Program-made: the position numbers and the translations under genes
Notes under the pieces: model-generated
What the model was told of the DNA's origin: nothing
The model's database searches: none
Seen by the model: the letters and a program-made list of their open reading frames with translations, nothing else
Part shown: piece after piece, positions 43,894-53,352 of the stretch
How the letters are laid out: every line of letters begins with the position of its first letter
How positions within the stretch are numbered: position 1 is the first letter of the stretch
DNA from: an uncultured Clostridia bacterium
Lineage (GTDB): Bacteria; Bacillota; Clostridia; UBA1381
Direction of reading: 5' to 3'
NCBI GenBank assembly: GCA_947624485.1
Contig: CANQKM010000007.1
Coordinates: 64,760 to 128,759 of the forward strand
Length of the DNA: 64,000 bases

Positions 43894-44988
43894 ATGGCTG
43901 AAATACGGAATTTCAAATGTCCGTGCTGCGGCGCGGCGCTTGTGTTTGACGGCGTTTCCCAAACGCTTGACTGTGCCTCGTGCGGCAACAGCTTCGAGGT
44001 CGAGACGTTAAAGCAGCTCGACGAATGTACAGACGCGACGGCAAAGGAATCAAAATTCGACTGGGAACATTACGAGCCGCGCAGCTACGAACCCGACGGT
44101 GAAATCGATCTCGCGTCGTATTCGTGTCCGTCTTGCGGCGCGGAGATAGCCGGCGACAACAATCTCGGCGCGACGGTATGCCCTTACTGCGGCAATTCCA
44201 CGATAGTGAAGCGCAATTTCGAGGGTACGCTCCGACCGGATTACATCATTCCCTTTAAGACCGACAAAAACGGCGCGATGCGTGCGTTTGAAAACGCGCG
44301 CGCGAACGCTCCGTTTCTGCCGAAGGAGTTTAAGGATAAGCGCGTGGTTGAGAAAATGACGGGCGTGTACGTGCCGTACTGGATGTTCGACTGCGACTGC
44401 GAGGCAAGCGCGGTATTCAACGCGACGCGCGTTTCGGCTTGGTCGGACGGTCGGTTCGACTACATAAAAACGGATTTCTACAAGCTTATCCGCGCCGGAA
44501 ACATAGGCTTCACAAACATCCCCGTGGACGCGTCCTCAAAAACCGACAACAGGTACATGGAGGGCGTCGAGCCGTTCGACTGCGGCGCTGCGGTTGACTT
44601 TAACGCCGGATATTTGTCCGGCTACCTCGCCGACAGATACGACGTGAGCGCGGACGACAGCATAGAGCGCGCGAACGAAAGAGTAAAAAACACCGCGGCA
44701 GGCATCCTTAACGGCACCGCCGCCGGCTTATACGCGACGATAATTCCCGAAAGCTCGCGCGTGAGCTTTTCGGGCGGCAAGATACGGTATTCGCTGCTTC
44801 CCGTGTGGATGCTGAATATCAAATATATGGATAAGATGTACAAGTACGTCATAAACGGTCAGACGGGCAAGGTGTCGGGTGAGTTTCCGACGAGCAAGGC
44901 TAAAAAAGCACGCTTCTTCGCGGCTGTATTCGGCGTTACCTTCGCCGTCTGCGCGGCGTGCGTCTGGGCGTTCACGAATTTTATGTAA
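43894..44988 (+). CDS. Double zinc-ribbon protein with C-terminal TM anchor (YdjG-like)
   Basis: Start chosen at MAEIRNFKCPCCGA (AAGGGGGG SD). The CPCC...CASC and CPSC...CPYC ribbons are present. The C-terminal TM helix is FFAAVFGVTFAVCAACVWAF. Confidence 0.6.
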   Translation: MAEIRNFKCPCCGAALVFDGVSQTLDCASCGNSFEVETLKQLDECTDATAKESKFDWEHYEPRSYEPDGEIDLASYSCPSCGAEIAGDNNLGATVCPYCGNSTIVKRNFEGTLRPDYIIPFKTDKNGAMRAFENARANAPFLPKEFKDKRVVEKMTGVYVPYWMFDCDCEASAVFNATRVSAWSDGRFDYIKTDFYKLIRAGNIGFTNIPVDASSKTDNRYMEGVEPFDCGAAVDFNAGYLSGYLADRYDVSADDSIERANERVKNTAAGILNGTAAGLYATIIPESSRVSFSGGKIRYSLLPVWMLNIKYMDKMYKYVINGQTGKVSGEFPTSKAKKARFFAAVFGVTFAVCAACVWAFTNFM

Positions 44989-45004
44989 GGGGGGGGACGC
45001 TGTG

Positions 45005-45805
45005 ATGAAAAAAAGAATTTTGACGTTCCTCGCGGTCATATTTACGCTGACCGCCTCACTGCATCTTACAGCCCTCGCCTACAACACGCCCGTCACGGAC
45101 GAGGTCGGCTATCTTACGCAGGACGAGATAAACGCGCTGAACTCCTATCTCGAACAGGTCAGAAACGAGTACGGCATGGACGTGGTCGTGTATATAGAGC
45201 AGTCTGCAGGCAGCGACAACGTGCTTTACCGCGCGGACGACATATACGATTACCGCGGCTACGGCGTCGGCGAAAACCGCGACGGCATAATGATGTACAT
45301 AAGCATGTATCCGCGCAAATACACGTTTTCCACGTGCGGCGAGGGTATACGCGTATTTAACGACGCGGCGATAGAGCGTCTTACGGAGGTTACGGGCGAA
45401 TACCTCCGCGCAGACGACTACTATGACGCTGTGGCGGCGTACGCCGAGGAAGCTTACAGTATGCTCACGGCTGCGGCAAACGGCGAGGTATACGGCTACG
45501 GCGAAGGCGCGGCTGACGATTACGCTAAGCCCGTAGCGTGGGGACTTGCCGGAATTATACCGCTCATAGTCGCCGCGCTCACCACGCACGCGCGCGGCAA
45601 GGGCATGAACACGGCGCAGTACAACAATTCGGCTGCAAACTATGTGAGCGGCAGTCTGAACCTCACGACCTCAAACGACCTCTTTCTGTACAGCTCGATA
45701 ACGCGCACACCGCGTATGCAAAATACCGCGAATTCCGGCGGCAGTACAACTCACATGTCATCGAGCGGCGAAATGCACGGCGGAGGCGGCGGAGGCAGCT
45801 ACTAA
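45005..45805 (+). CDS. TPM-domain protein with C-terminal TM helix and Gly-rich tail (YdjH-like)
   Basis: Start chosen at MKKRILTFLAV. The TPM pattern is V.D..G.L...E...L...L.......G.DVVV. The tail is HGGGGGGSY. Confidence 0.7.
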   Translation: MKKRILTFLAVIFTLTASLHLTALAYNTPVTDEVGYLTQDEINALNSYLEQVRNEYGMDVVVYIEQSAGSDNVLYRADDIYDYRGYGVGENRDGIMMYISMYPRKYTFSTCGEGIRVFNDAAIERLTEVTGEYLRADDYYDAVAAYAEEAYSMLTAAANGEVYGYGEGAADDYAKPVAWGLAGIIPLIVAALTTHARGKGMNTAQYNNSAANYVSGSLNLTTSNDLFLYSSITRTPRMQNTANSGGSTTHMSSSGEMHGGGGGGSY

Positions 45806-45862
45806 GAAATTGATCCGCACAGCGGATTAAAATATAAAAATAATTTTTACGGAGGGACTAAT

Positions 45863-46267
45863 ATGAAAAAAACGAACAGGGTGATAGCCGTTTTAGCGGC
45901 AATGGTTATGGTACTGGCTCTTGTCGCGGGCTGCGGCAACCAAGCGGCTGACGAGCCTAAGACGGAGTCCGTTGCGGGAAAGTGGACGGTTGTGTCAGGC
46001 GAGCTCCAAGGCGAGGAGCTTGATCCCAAAACTCTCGGCTTAGCAATAGCAATGGAATTTAAGGATGACGGTTCCTTCAACCTCGTTGCGACAAGCTCGA
46101 TGTTCCCCGATGCAGCCGAACAGAATTTGTCCGGCACATGGACACAGAACGGTGATAATGTTACCGTTACCACGAATGGCGAGGACGCCAACGGAAAACT
46201 TGAGGGCGGAAAGCTTACTTTTTCGGACGACACCAGAAGCATAATGCTCGAAAGAGACTCATTCTAA
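45863..46267 (+). CDS. Small lipoprotein
   Basis: Lipobox LVAGC after a signal peptide. 134 aa with a beta-rich mature part. Confidence 0.65.
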   Translation: MKKTNRVIAVLAAMVMVLALVAGCGNQAADEPKTESVAGKWTVVSGELQGEELDPKTLGLAIAMEFKDDGSFNLVATSSMFPDAAEQNLSGTWTQNGDNVTVTTNGEDANGKLEGGKLTFSDDTRSIMLERDSF

Positions 46268-46282
46268 AAAGGAGATAAAATT

Positions 46283-47548
46283 ATGGGACTTTTAAAAGCC
46301 GGAATCGGCGCGCTCGCGGGCGTACTCGCCGATTCATGGAGGGACTATTTTTACTGCGAGGCGCTTGACGCGGACACGCTCGCGGTAAAGGGAGCGAAGC
46401 GCGAAAGTAAGCGCAGTTCAAACAAGCACGGCGACGACAACATCATCTCGAACGGCTCAATCGTCGCGGTAAACGACGGTCAGTGCATGATTATCGTAGA
46501 TCAGGGCAAGGTCGTCGAGGTCTGCGCCGAGCCGGGCGAATTTGTTTACGACACATCGACCGAGCCGAGCCTGTTTTACGGAAATCTGAAGGAAACGATT
46601 AAAGCCACCTTCGCGCAGCTCGGCAAGCGTTTCACGTTCGGCGGCGAGCCGGCGAAGGATCAGAGAGTGTACTATTTTAACACGAAGGAAATCGTCGGCA
46701 ACAAGTACGGTACGCCAAGCCCCGTGCCGTTCCGCGTGGTTGACAAAAACATCGGTCTGGATGTGGACATTGCTATCCGCTGCCACGGCGAGTATTCGTA
46801 CAGGCTCACAGATCCGATTTTGTTCTACACAAACGTGTGCGGCAACATATCGGACGCGTACAAGCGCGACGCGATCGACAGTCAGCTTAAAACGGAGCTT
46901 CTTACCGCTTTGCAGCCCGCGTTCGCGAAAATTTCGGAGATGGGTGTGCGTTACAGCGCGCTGCCGGCTCACACAACGGAAATTTCGCAGACGCTCAACG
47001 AAATACTAAGCAAAGAGTGGCGCGAAAGGCGCGGTATAGAAGTCGCCGTATTCGGAATATCGAGCGTAAACGCTTCCGAAGAAGACGAGAAGATGATCAA
47101 GGAGATCCAGCGCAACGCCGCTCTGCGCGATCCGAGCATGGCTGCCGCGCACCTTACCGGCGCGCAGGCACAGGCTATGCAGGACGCCGCGAAGAACGAG
47201 GGCGGTATGGGCGCTATGGGTGGATTTTTCGGCATGAACATGGCGAACAACGCCGCAGGCAGCCAAGCCGCGAACCTGTTCGCAATGGGACAGCAGCAAC
47301 AGCAGTCCGCGCCCGTAACAGGCGGCTGGAAGTGCGAATGCGGCACGGAAAATACCGGCAAATTCTGCTCCAACTGCGGCAAACCGCAGCCTACCTTGTG
47401 GAAATGCGAGTGCGGAGCGGAGAACACGGGCAAGTTCTGCTCAAACTGCGGCAAGCCCAAGCCCGAGGGCTTTACGTGCGCGAAATGCGGCTACACCGGC
47501 ACGGGCGCGGCTCCGAAATTCTGCCCGAACTGCGGAAACGCGTTTTAA
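46283..47548 (+). CDS. SPFH/band-7-related protein (YdjI / COG4260-like) with three C-terminal zinc ribbons
   Basis: The N-terminus MGLLKAGIGALAGVLADSWRDYFYC is typical of the YdjI family. A Gln-rich spacer follows. The C-terminus reads WKCECGTENTGKFCSNCGKP / WKCECGAENTGKFCSNCGKP / FTCAKCGYTG..KFCPNCG. Confidence 0.65.
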   Translation: MGLLKAGIGALAGVLADSWRDYFYCEALDADTLAVKGAKRESKRSSNKHGDDNIISNGSIVAVNDGQCMIIVDQGKVVEVCAEPGEFVYDTSTEPSLFYGNLKETIKATFAQLGKRFTFGGEPAKDQRVYYFNTKEIVGNKYGTPSPVPFRVVDKNIGLDVDIAIRCHGEYSYRLTDPILFYTNVCGNISDAYKRDAIDSQLKTELLTALQPAFAKISEMGVRYSALPAHTTEISQTLNEILSKEWRERRGIEVAVFGISSVNASEEDEKMIKEIQRNAALRDPSMAAAHLTGAQAQAMQDAAKNEGGMGAMGGFFGMNMANNAAGSQAANLFAMGQQQQQSAPVTGGWKCECGTENTGKFCSNCGKPQPTLWKCECGAENTGKFCSNCGKPKPEGFTCAKCGYTGTGAAPKFCPNCGNAF

Positions 47549-47574
47549 TCGGGAATAAACATAAAAATCAAAAA

Positions 47575-47613
47575 CTGTGTCAGCCCGGGGGTAAATGGCT
47601 GACACAGTTTTTT
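47575..47613 (+). terminator. Intrinsic terminator
   Basis: 11-bp stem CTGTGTCAGCC...GGCTGACACAG followed by TTTTTT. Confidence 0.85.
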
Positions 47614-47642
47614 GTTTGCCGCCGCGCGGGCGGTCGTCGTAT

Positions 47643-48263
47643 TCAGTTTCCCGTAATGAGACGCTTCGCCTTCTGCACAAGCTCCACAACGCCGAAGCGT
47701 ATCTCCACGTCCCTGCCCGTGCCGGTGATTATATCGTAGGAATCGGCGTTTAGCCCGCTTTTGAGGCGCTCGTCGCTTTCCTCACTCAACTTACCGCCGC
47801 TGCTTTCGGTAAAGCACATCGGCGGGTACATCACGCACCACCAGTTTTTACCGCCGCCGCTGCCGAGCACGACGCGCACGCCGTAATATTCGCCCTCCGG
47901 CAGCGTTATACCGTCATACTCTTTGCGCGGAAAATAAAATTTTCCGTACTCCGCGCGCGACGTGTATGTACAGCCGTTTTCGCGAAGCGTTTCGTCCGCA
48001 ATACGCTCGATTTCGTCAAGATTATTTGTTATTTTCTCCCTGCTCTCGTCTATATCCGCGCTTTTAAGCTTCTCCCCCGCCTCATTTATAACCGCGTCGC
48101 GTACCTTAAGCTTCACGCTCTGCGCGTCCGCGCCGTCGCTGTCGGCAATTATGTGCAGACGGATAAGATTGTTTTCAAGGTCGCCGTGAACCGCGTCGGA
48201 ATACGACGTGACGGCAGCCGTCATAATAAGCGCGATAAAAAACGCAGCCGTAATCTTTTTCAT
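47643..48263 (-). CDS. spoIIR: Stage II sporulation protein R
   Basis: IRLHIIADSD...Q..KL.VRD motif and C-terminal WWCVMYPPMCF. Confidence 0.9.
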   Translation of the reverse strand: MKKITAAFFIALIMTAAVTSYSDAVHGDLENNLIRLHIIADSDGADAQSVKLKVRDAVINEAGEKLKSADIDESREKITNNLDEIERIADETLRENGCTYTSRAEYGKFYFPRKEYDGITLPEGEYYGVRVVLGSGGGKNWWCVMYPPMCFTESSGGKLSEESDERLKSGLNADSYDIITGTGRDVEIRFGVVELVQKAKRLITGN

Positions 48264-48378
48264 TTATTTTCTCCCCGTTTTCGTGATTTTACTTTAAGTA
48301 TTGACAAATCCTTGAATTTAATACATATTTTCTTTTTTTCGATAAATACTAAAGAAAAAAAGTAAAAGGAGTTTTATA

Positions 48379-49740
48379 ATGGAAAAAGTAAAAAGTATAC
48401 ACGTATGGCTTTACGCCGTGCTTATCGCCGGACTCATCACCGCGCTCGTGTGGGGCGCGGCGTCGTCAAAGGACGCGAAGGCGCTTGAAATCTCGAACGA
48501 AAACGCATACAACCGCGCGTTTTTCGAGCTTACCGACCACGTGTCGAACATCAACAACTATTTAAGCAAGGCGCGGCTCGCGAACGGCGCGTCGTCGCTC
48601 GCGAAAATTTCGGGCGACATATTCCGCGAAAGCACGTCGGCAAAGGCTTGTCTCGGTCAGCTTCCAACGTCGCAGGTGCAGCTTGACAACACGTCGAAAT
48701 TTCTCTCACAGGTCGGCGATTACACGTACGTGCTGTCGCAGAACATGATTAACGGTCAGTCGCCGTCGGATGAGGAACGTGAAAACCTCGCAAAGCTCAA
48801 TGAGTACGCGTCGGATTTGAGTGAAACGCTGACGGAAATCCAGAGCAGAATCACGAGCGGCGAGATACACATTTCGGAAAAGGACAGCCGCGGTATTGTA
48901 AGCGAAACAACAGCCGAAGCCGCGGGCGGTGACATTTTCGCCGACCTTGAAAACGTCGAAAAATCGTTTGAGGATTATCCGTCGCTGATATACGACGGCC
49001 CGTTTTCGGAGCATATAGAGAACCGCAAGCCCGCGCTGCTCGAATACGCCGACAACATCTCGCAGGCTGACGCGCTCAAAAAAGCGGAGCAGTTCCTCGG
49101 CGGCAACGGCGGCTCGCTCGTATTCTCGGGGCTGTCGGAAAACACGCCTGTACCGGCATACACGTTCACGAAGGACACCGATAACGGTCAGATTTCGATT
49201 AGTGTCACGCGCAAGGGCGGTTATATCCTTTCCTACCTCAACAGCCGCAGCGTCGGCGACGCGCTTTTGACGGTTGACGAGGCGACGGAGCGCGCGGCGC
49301 AGTTTCTGCAGACGAACGGCTTTTACAGTATGCAGCACAGCTACTATGACAAGCTCGGCTCTATCGCCACGATCAACTTCGCGTACGTTCAGGATAACGT
49401 GACGTGCTACAGCGACCTCGTGAAGGTGCGCGTCGCGCTCGACAACGGCGAGGTTATCGGTATCGAAACGAACGGATATATCATGAACCACACCGAGCGT
49501 TCCCTCGCCGAGCCGCAGCTTACAATGGACGAGGCGCAGTCGTACGTTTCTACGGGACTTGAGGTGAGCGGCAAAAAGCTCGCGCTCATACCGAAGGACA
49601 GTATGCGCGAAGTGCTGTGCTACGAGTACGCCGGAGCGTTCGCGGGTAAAAACTTCCTCGTGTACGTCAACGCCGACACCGGCGCGGAGGAGGAAATATT
49701 TATCCTTATCGAAAGTCCCGAAGGCGTGCTGACGGTGTAA
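48379..49740 (+). CDS. ypeB: Germination protein YpeB
   Basis: N-terminal TM helix, the ENAYNRAFFELTDHV motif, and C-terminal PepSY-type repeats. Confidence 0.85.
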   Translation: MEKVKSIHVWLYAVLIAGLITALVWGAASSKDAKALEISNENAYNRAFFELTDHVSNINNYLSKARLANGASSLAKISGDIFRESTSAKACLGQLPTSQVQLDNTSKFLSQVGDYTYVLSQNMINGQSPSDEERENLAKLNEYASDLSETLTEIQSRITSGEIHISEKDSRGIVSETTAEAAGGDIFADLENVEKSFEDYPSLIYDGPFSEHIENRKPALLEYADNISQADALKKAEQFLGGNGGSLVFSGLSENTPVPAYTFTKDTDNGQISISVTRKGGYILSYLNSRSVGDALLTVDEATERAAQFLQTNGFYSMQHSYYDKLGSIATINFAYVQDNVTCYSDLVKVRVALDNGEVIGIETNGYIMNHTERSLAEPQLTMDEAQSYVSTGLEVSGKKLALIPKDSMREVLCYEYAGAFAGKNFLVYVNADTGAEEEIFILIESPEGVLTV

Positions 49741-49894
49741 GGCACGGAATTTCGGCTTAAAGGTTTATGTGGATTTGTGTTTTGCGTCATGTCGGTCGAG
49801 CGATTATCCCCCCCTCCGATATGACGCTAACCACAAATTTATGCCCGCCTCCGCAATTTATTTTGTAATTTTTCAAAAAAGTTCAAAAAAACTC

Positions 49895-49923
49895 TTGCAT
49901 TATTAACCAAACTATGTTAAAAT
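49895..49923 (+). promoter_or_regulatory. rpmB promoter
   Basis: TTGCAT, 17 nt, TAAAAT. Confidence 0.6.
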
Positions 49924-49965
49924 ACTGCTTGATGTTTTGAAATGCTATTCAGGAGGTGTAGGAAA

Positions 49966-50151
49966 ATGGCAAAATGCGATGTTTGCGGCAAGGGCGTAAC
50001 CTTCGGTATAAAGGTCAGCCACTCGCACAGACGCTCAAACAGAACCTGGAAGCCGAATGTTCGTAAGGTAAAGGCTATCGTAAACGGAACTCCGAAATCT
50101 ATACACGTATGCACACATTGCCTTCGCAGCGGAAAGGTAGAACGCGCTTAA
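49966..50151 (+). CDS. rpmB: 50S ribosomal protein L28
   Basis: Start chosen at MAKCDVCGKG (AGGAGGTG SD). It carries the motif SHSHRRSNRTWKPN. Confidence 0.95.
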   Translation: MAKCDVCGKGVTFGIKVSHSHRRSNRTWKPNVRKVKAIVNGTPKSIHVCTHCLRSGKVERA

Positions 50152-50166
50152 CTTATGAAACAGCGG

Positions 50167-50195
50167 CAGCTTGCCAAAGGGCAGGCTGTTTTTTT
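50167..50195 (+). terminator. Intrinsic terminator after rpmB
   Basis: CAGCTTGCC-AAAG-GGCAGGCTG followed by TTTTTTT. Confidence 0.8.
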
Positions 50196-50317
50196 CTGCC
50201 GGCGGTCATGCGATGAAATTTTTCGGCGAAATTTTACCAAAAAAATTTGCAATTCGCCCTTTTTTATGATAGAATGAATATGTATGGATTTTACTTGTAA
50301 CCAAAGGGGTGTCACAT

Positions 50318-51595
50318 TTGGAGAAACTCTTGATAAAGGGCGGTAACAGGCTGCACGGCGAAGTGACCGTGAGCGGCGCGAAAAACGCTGCGGTAGCCAT
50401 ACTTCCGGCTTGCATACTCGTCAAGGACGTTTGCCGGATCGAAAACCTGCCCGATATAAAAGATGTAAAGCTGTTTTTAACAATATTGTCGCGTCTGGGC
50501 GCGGAAGTAAATATGATTGACAGAAACACCGTTGAAATCGACTGCACAAACGTAAATTCTTACGAGCCGATGAGGGATCTGACGCGCAAGATGAGAGGCT
50601 CGAGCTATCTCATGGGCGCGCTTCTCGGTCGTTTCGGAAAATTCAAGGTGGATCCGCCGGGCGGATGCGACTTCGGTACAAGACCGATAGACCAGCACAT
50701 AAAAAGCTTCGAGGTTCTCGGCGCGGAGGTCGACGCTTCGCGCGGCTTCGTAAACGCTTCCGCGGACGCGATACGCGGCGGACATATATTTTTCGACGTT
50801 GTTTCCGTCGGTGCGACGGTAAACGCCATGCTCGCGGCGGCAACGGCTGACGGTCTTACGATTATCGAAAATGCCGCGAAAGAGCCGCATATAGTTGATT
50901 TGGCGAACTTCCTTAACAACATGGGCGCGAACATACGCGGCGCGGGTACAGACACTATACGTATACGCGGCGTTAAGGATTTGCACGGCGGCACGTACGC
51001 GATTATTCCCGACCAGATCGAGGCGGGTACGTTCATGATAGCGGCGGCGGCTACGCGCGGCGACGTGACGATTAAAAACGTAATACCGCGCCACCTCGAG
51101 GTCATAAGCGCGAAGCTCATCGAGGCGGGCGTAAACGTCGAGGACGGCACGGACAGCGTGCGCGTGTGGGTTGACGAAAACAAAAAGCTGCGCCGCATAA
51201 ACTTTATCGCGCTTCCCTACCCCGGTTTCCCGACCGATATGCAGCCGCAGCTCGTCGCTTTTCTTACGACGATAAGCGGGACAAGCACCGCGAGAGAGGG
51301 CGTTTGGGACAACCGTTTCAGATACGTAAACGAATTGAAGCGCATGGGCGCGAACATACGCGTCGAGGGTAAACTCGCGATCGTTGACGGCGTAGACCAC
51401 CTGCTGGGCGCTCACGTCAAGGCTACCGACCTCCGCGCGGGAGCGGCAATGATTATTGCCGGTCTTATGGCTGACGGCACGACCGAGATTACCGACATAT
51501 ACCACATTGACCGCGGCTACGAGAGCTTCGAGGAAAAGTTTGCCGCTCTCGGCGCGGACATTCACCGCGTAACGGTCGTGGACGATATTTATTAA
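50318..51595 (+). CDS. murA: UDP-N-acetylglucosamine 1-carboxyvinyltransferase
   Basis: The TTG start at 50318 gives [22 protein letters not shown], matching MurA N-termini with an AAAGGGG SD 8 nt upstream. The ORF-track GTG at 50309 abuts the SD. Confidence 0.93.
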   Translation: MEKLLIKGGNRLHGEVTVSGAKNAAVAILPACILVKDVCRIENLPDIKDVKLFLTILSRLGAEVNMIDRNTVEIDCTNVNSYEPMRDLTRKMRGSSYLMGALLGRFGKFKVDPPGGCDFGTRPIDQHIKSFEVLGAEVDASRGFVNASADAIRGGHIFFDVVSVGATVNAMLAAATADGLTIIENAAKEPHIVDLANFLNNMGANIRGAGTDTIRIRGVKDLHGGTYAIIPDQIEAGTFMIAAAATRGDVTIKNVIPRHLEVISAKLIEAGVNVEDGTDSVRVWVDENKKLRRINFIALPYPGFPTDMQPQLVAFLTTISGTSTAREGVWDNRFRYVNELKRMGANIRVEGKLAIVDGVDHLLGAHVKATDLRAGAAMIIAGLMADGTTEITDIYHIDRGYESFEEKFAALGADIHRVTVVDDIY

Positions 51596-51606
51596 ACAGA
51601 TTAAAG

Positions 51607-51634
51607 AGCCTGTCTCACGACAGGCTTTGATTTT
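51607..51634 (+). terminator. Intrinsic terminator after murA
   Basis: AGCCTGTC-TCAC-GACAGGCT followed by TTGATTTT. Confidence 0.7.
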
Positions 51635-51644
51635 GAGGTAAACG

Positions 51645-52421
51645 ATGAACAGATTTGTTTCACTTATAAGCGGCTCGTCGGGCAATGCGACATTCATATC
51701 CGACGGCAAAACGAACATACTTATAGACTGCGGAATGTCGGGTTCGGGACTGAAGGAGTCGCTGCGTCTTATCGGCGTTACACCTGAAAGTCTCGACGCG
51801 CTTTTGATAACGCACGAGCATTCCGACCACACGAAGGGCGCGGGCGTTGTATCGAGACGATACGACCTGCCCGTGTACGCGACGATCGGCACTCACGCCG
51901 GTATGGACATAGGCAGGATCGACGACAAAAATATACATTTTGTGCGCGAGGACGTAACGACCGAGGTCGGCACGATCGCCGTAACTCCGTTCGCTATCCC
52001 CCACGACGCGCAGCAGCCGGTCGGTTTCACGTTCGACCTCGGCGGCGAGCGGTACGCGCTTGCGACCGATATAGGCGTGATGACCGACGAGATTCTGAGC
52101 CGTATATCGGGCTGCAAAAAGGTCATTCTCGAATCGAACCACGACATACAAATGCTGCGCTACGGCTCGTACCCGTACCCGTTAAAGCAAAGGATTATGA
52201 GCGACAGGGGACATCTGTCAAACGACGCGGCTTCAAAGGCGGCGCTGTTCCTTGTGCAAAGCGGCACTGAACATATCGCGCTCGGGCATTTGAGCAAGGA
52301 AAACAACCGTCCCGAAATCGCTATGCTCGAAACGTACAACCTGCTCACCGACGCGGGCGTTGACGTTGGAAACGACGTGACGCTCAAGGTCGCGGACAGG
52401 TACAAGCCGACAGCGCTGTAA
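51645..52421 (+). CDS. MBL-fold metallo-hydrolase (YycJ/WalJ-like)
   Basis: ILIDCG and THEHSDH motifs. 258 aa. Confidence 0.85.
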   Translation: MNRFVSLISGSSGNATFISDGKTNILIDCGMSGSGLKESLRLIGVTPESLDALLITHEHSDHTKGAGVVSRRYDLPVYATIGTHAGMDIGRIDDKNIHFVREDVTTEVGTIAVTPFAIPHDAQQPVGFTFDLGGERYALATDIGVMTDEILSRISGCKKVILESNHDIQMLRYGSYPYPLKQRIMSDRGHLSNDAASKAALFLVQSGTEHIALGHLSKENNRPEIAMLETYNLLTDAGVDVGNDVTLKVADRYKPTAL

Positions 52422-52430
52422 GGAGCTAAT

Positions 52431-52904
52431 ATGAACATAAATATTATATGCGTCGGAAAAATCAGGGAAAAGTTCTTTACCGCAGCCGTTGACGAATATG
52501 TGAAGCGGCTTTCGCGGTTCGCGAAGGTTACGGTCACAGAGGTCGCGGACGAGAAAATTCCCGAAAAAGCGTCGGAAAAGGAAATCGAGGCTGTAAAGAA
52601 AAAAGAGGGTGACAAAATCCTCGCAAAGCTCGGAAACGAGTACGTTATCGCGCTGTGCATAGAGGGAACGGAAATGCCGTCGGAGGAAATCGCCGCAAAA
52701 ATCGCGGACATTTCCATGACGTCGAGCGGTATCGCGTTTATAATAGGCGGCTCGCTCGGGCTGAGCGGCGAGGTCAAGAAAAGAGCGGATATGCGTTTGA
52801 GCTTCGGACGCGTCACGCTGCCGCACCAGCTTATGCGCGTAGTGCTTGCGGAGCAGATTTACAGAGCGTTTAAGATAAACAACAACGAAAGCTACCACAA
52901 GTAA
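52431..52904 (+). CDS. rlmH: 23S rRNA (pseudouridine1915-N3)-methyltransferase
   Basis: 157 aa SPOUT protein. Motifs seen are MNINIICVGKIRE...Y.KRL and IGG..G. Confidence 0.9.
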   Translation: MNINIICVGKIREKFFTAAVDEYVKRLSRFAKVTVTEVADEKIPEKASEKEIEAVKKKEGDKILAKLGNEYVIALCIEGTEMPSEEIAAKIADISMTSSGIAFIIGGSLGLSGEVKKRADMRLSFGRVTLPHQLMRVVLAEQIYRAFKINNNESYHK

Positions 52905-52905
52905 A

Positions 52906-52962
52906 GGGGACACTAAAATTTTAGTGTCCCCGTTTTAGTGTCCCCACTATTTTAGTGTCCCC
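52906..52962. repeat. One inverted plus three direct copies of a 13-nt unit (TTTTAGTGTCCCC)
   Basis: The sequence reads GGGGACACTAAAA TTTTAGTGTCCCC G TTTTAGTGTCCCC ACTA TTTTAGTGTCCCC. The first pair forms a 13-bp hairpin between the convergent rlmH and ridA genes. Confidence 0.9.
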
Positions 52963-52965
52963 GAT

Positions 52966-53337
52966 TTACAGTTCTACTACCGTTTCAACCTCAAGCAGCA
53001 CGTCCTTCGGCAGACGCGCTACCTCCACGCACGAGCGCGCGGGGTACGGCTCGGTAAAGTATTTCGCGTAAATCTCGTTTATCTTCGCGAAATCGTTCAT
53101 ATCCTTTATAAACACGACGGTCTTTACAACGTTGTCTATGCTTCCGCCTGCGGCTTCTATGAGGTTTTTAACGTTCGTGAGAGCCTGCTCCGCCTGCGCC
53201 TCAACTCCTTCGGGTATTTCGCCCGTCGCGGGGTTTATAGGGATTTGTCCCGACGTGAACAGCAGATTGCCGACCGTTATCGCCTGCGAGTAAGGTCCTA
53301 TCGCCGCGGGTGCGTTTGTCGTTTTTGTTTCTTTCAT
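52966..53337 (-). CDS. ridA: RidA/YjgF-family reactive-intermediate deaminase
   Basis: [11 protein letters not shown]...[10 protein letters not shown] motif and C-terminal [11 protein letters not shown]. Confidence 0.9.
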   Translation of the reverse strand: MKETKTTNAPAAIGPYSQAITVGNLLFTSGQIPINPATGEIPEGVEAQAEQALTNVKNLIEAAGGSIDNVVKTVVFIKDMNDFAKINEIYAKYFTEPYPARSCVEVARLPKDVLLEVETVVEL

Positions 53338-53352
53338 TTATATCATTTCCTT

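Noticed and set aside
52906-52962. Possible mini-CRISPR array (three identical 13-nt direct repeats)
   Set aside because: The repeats are far too short. The spacers are 0-4 nt, there is no leader or cas gene, and the first unit pairs with an inverted copy as a terminator-like hairpin.
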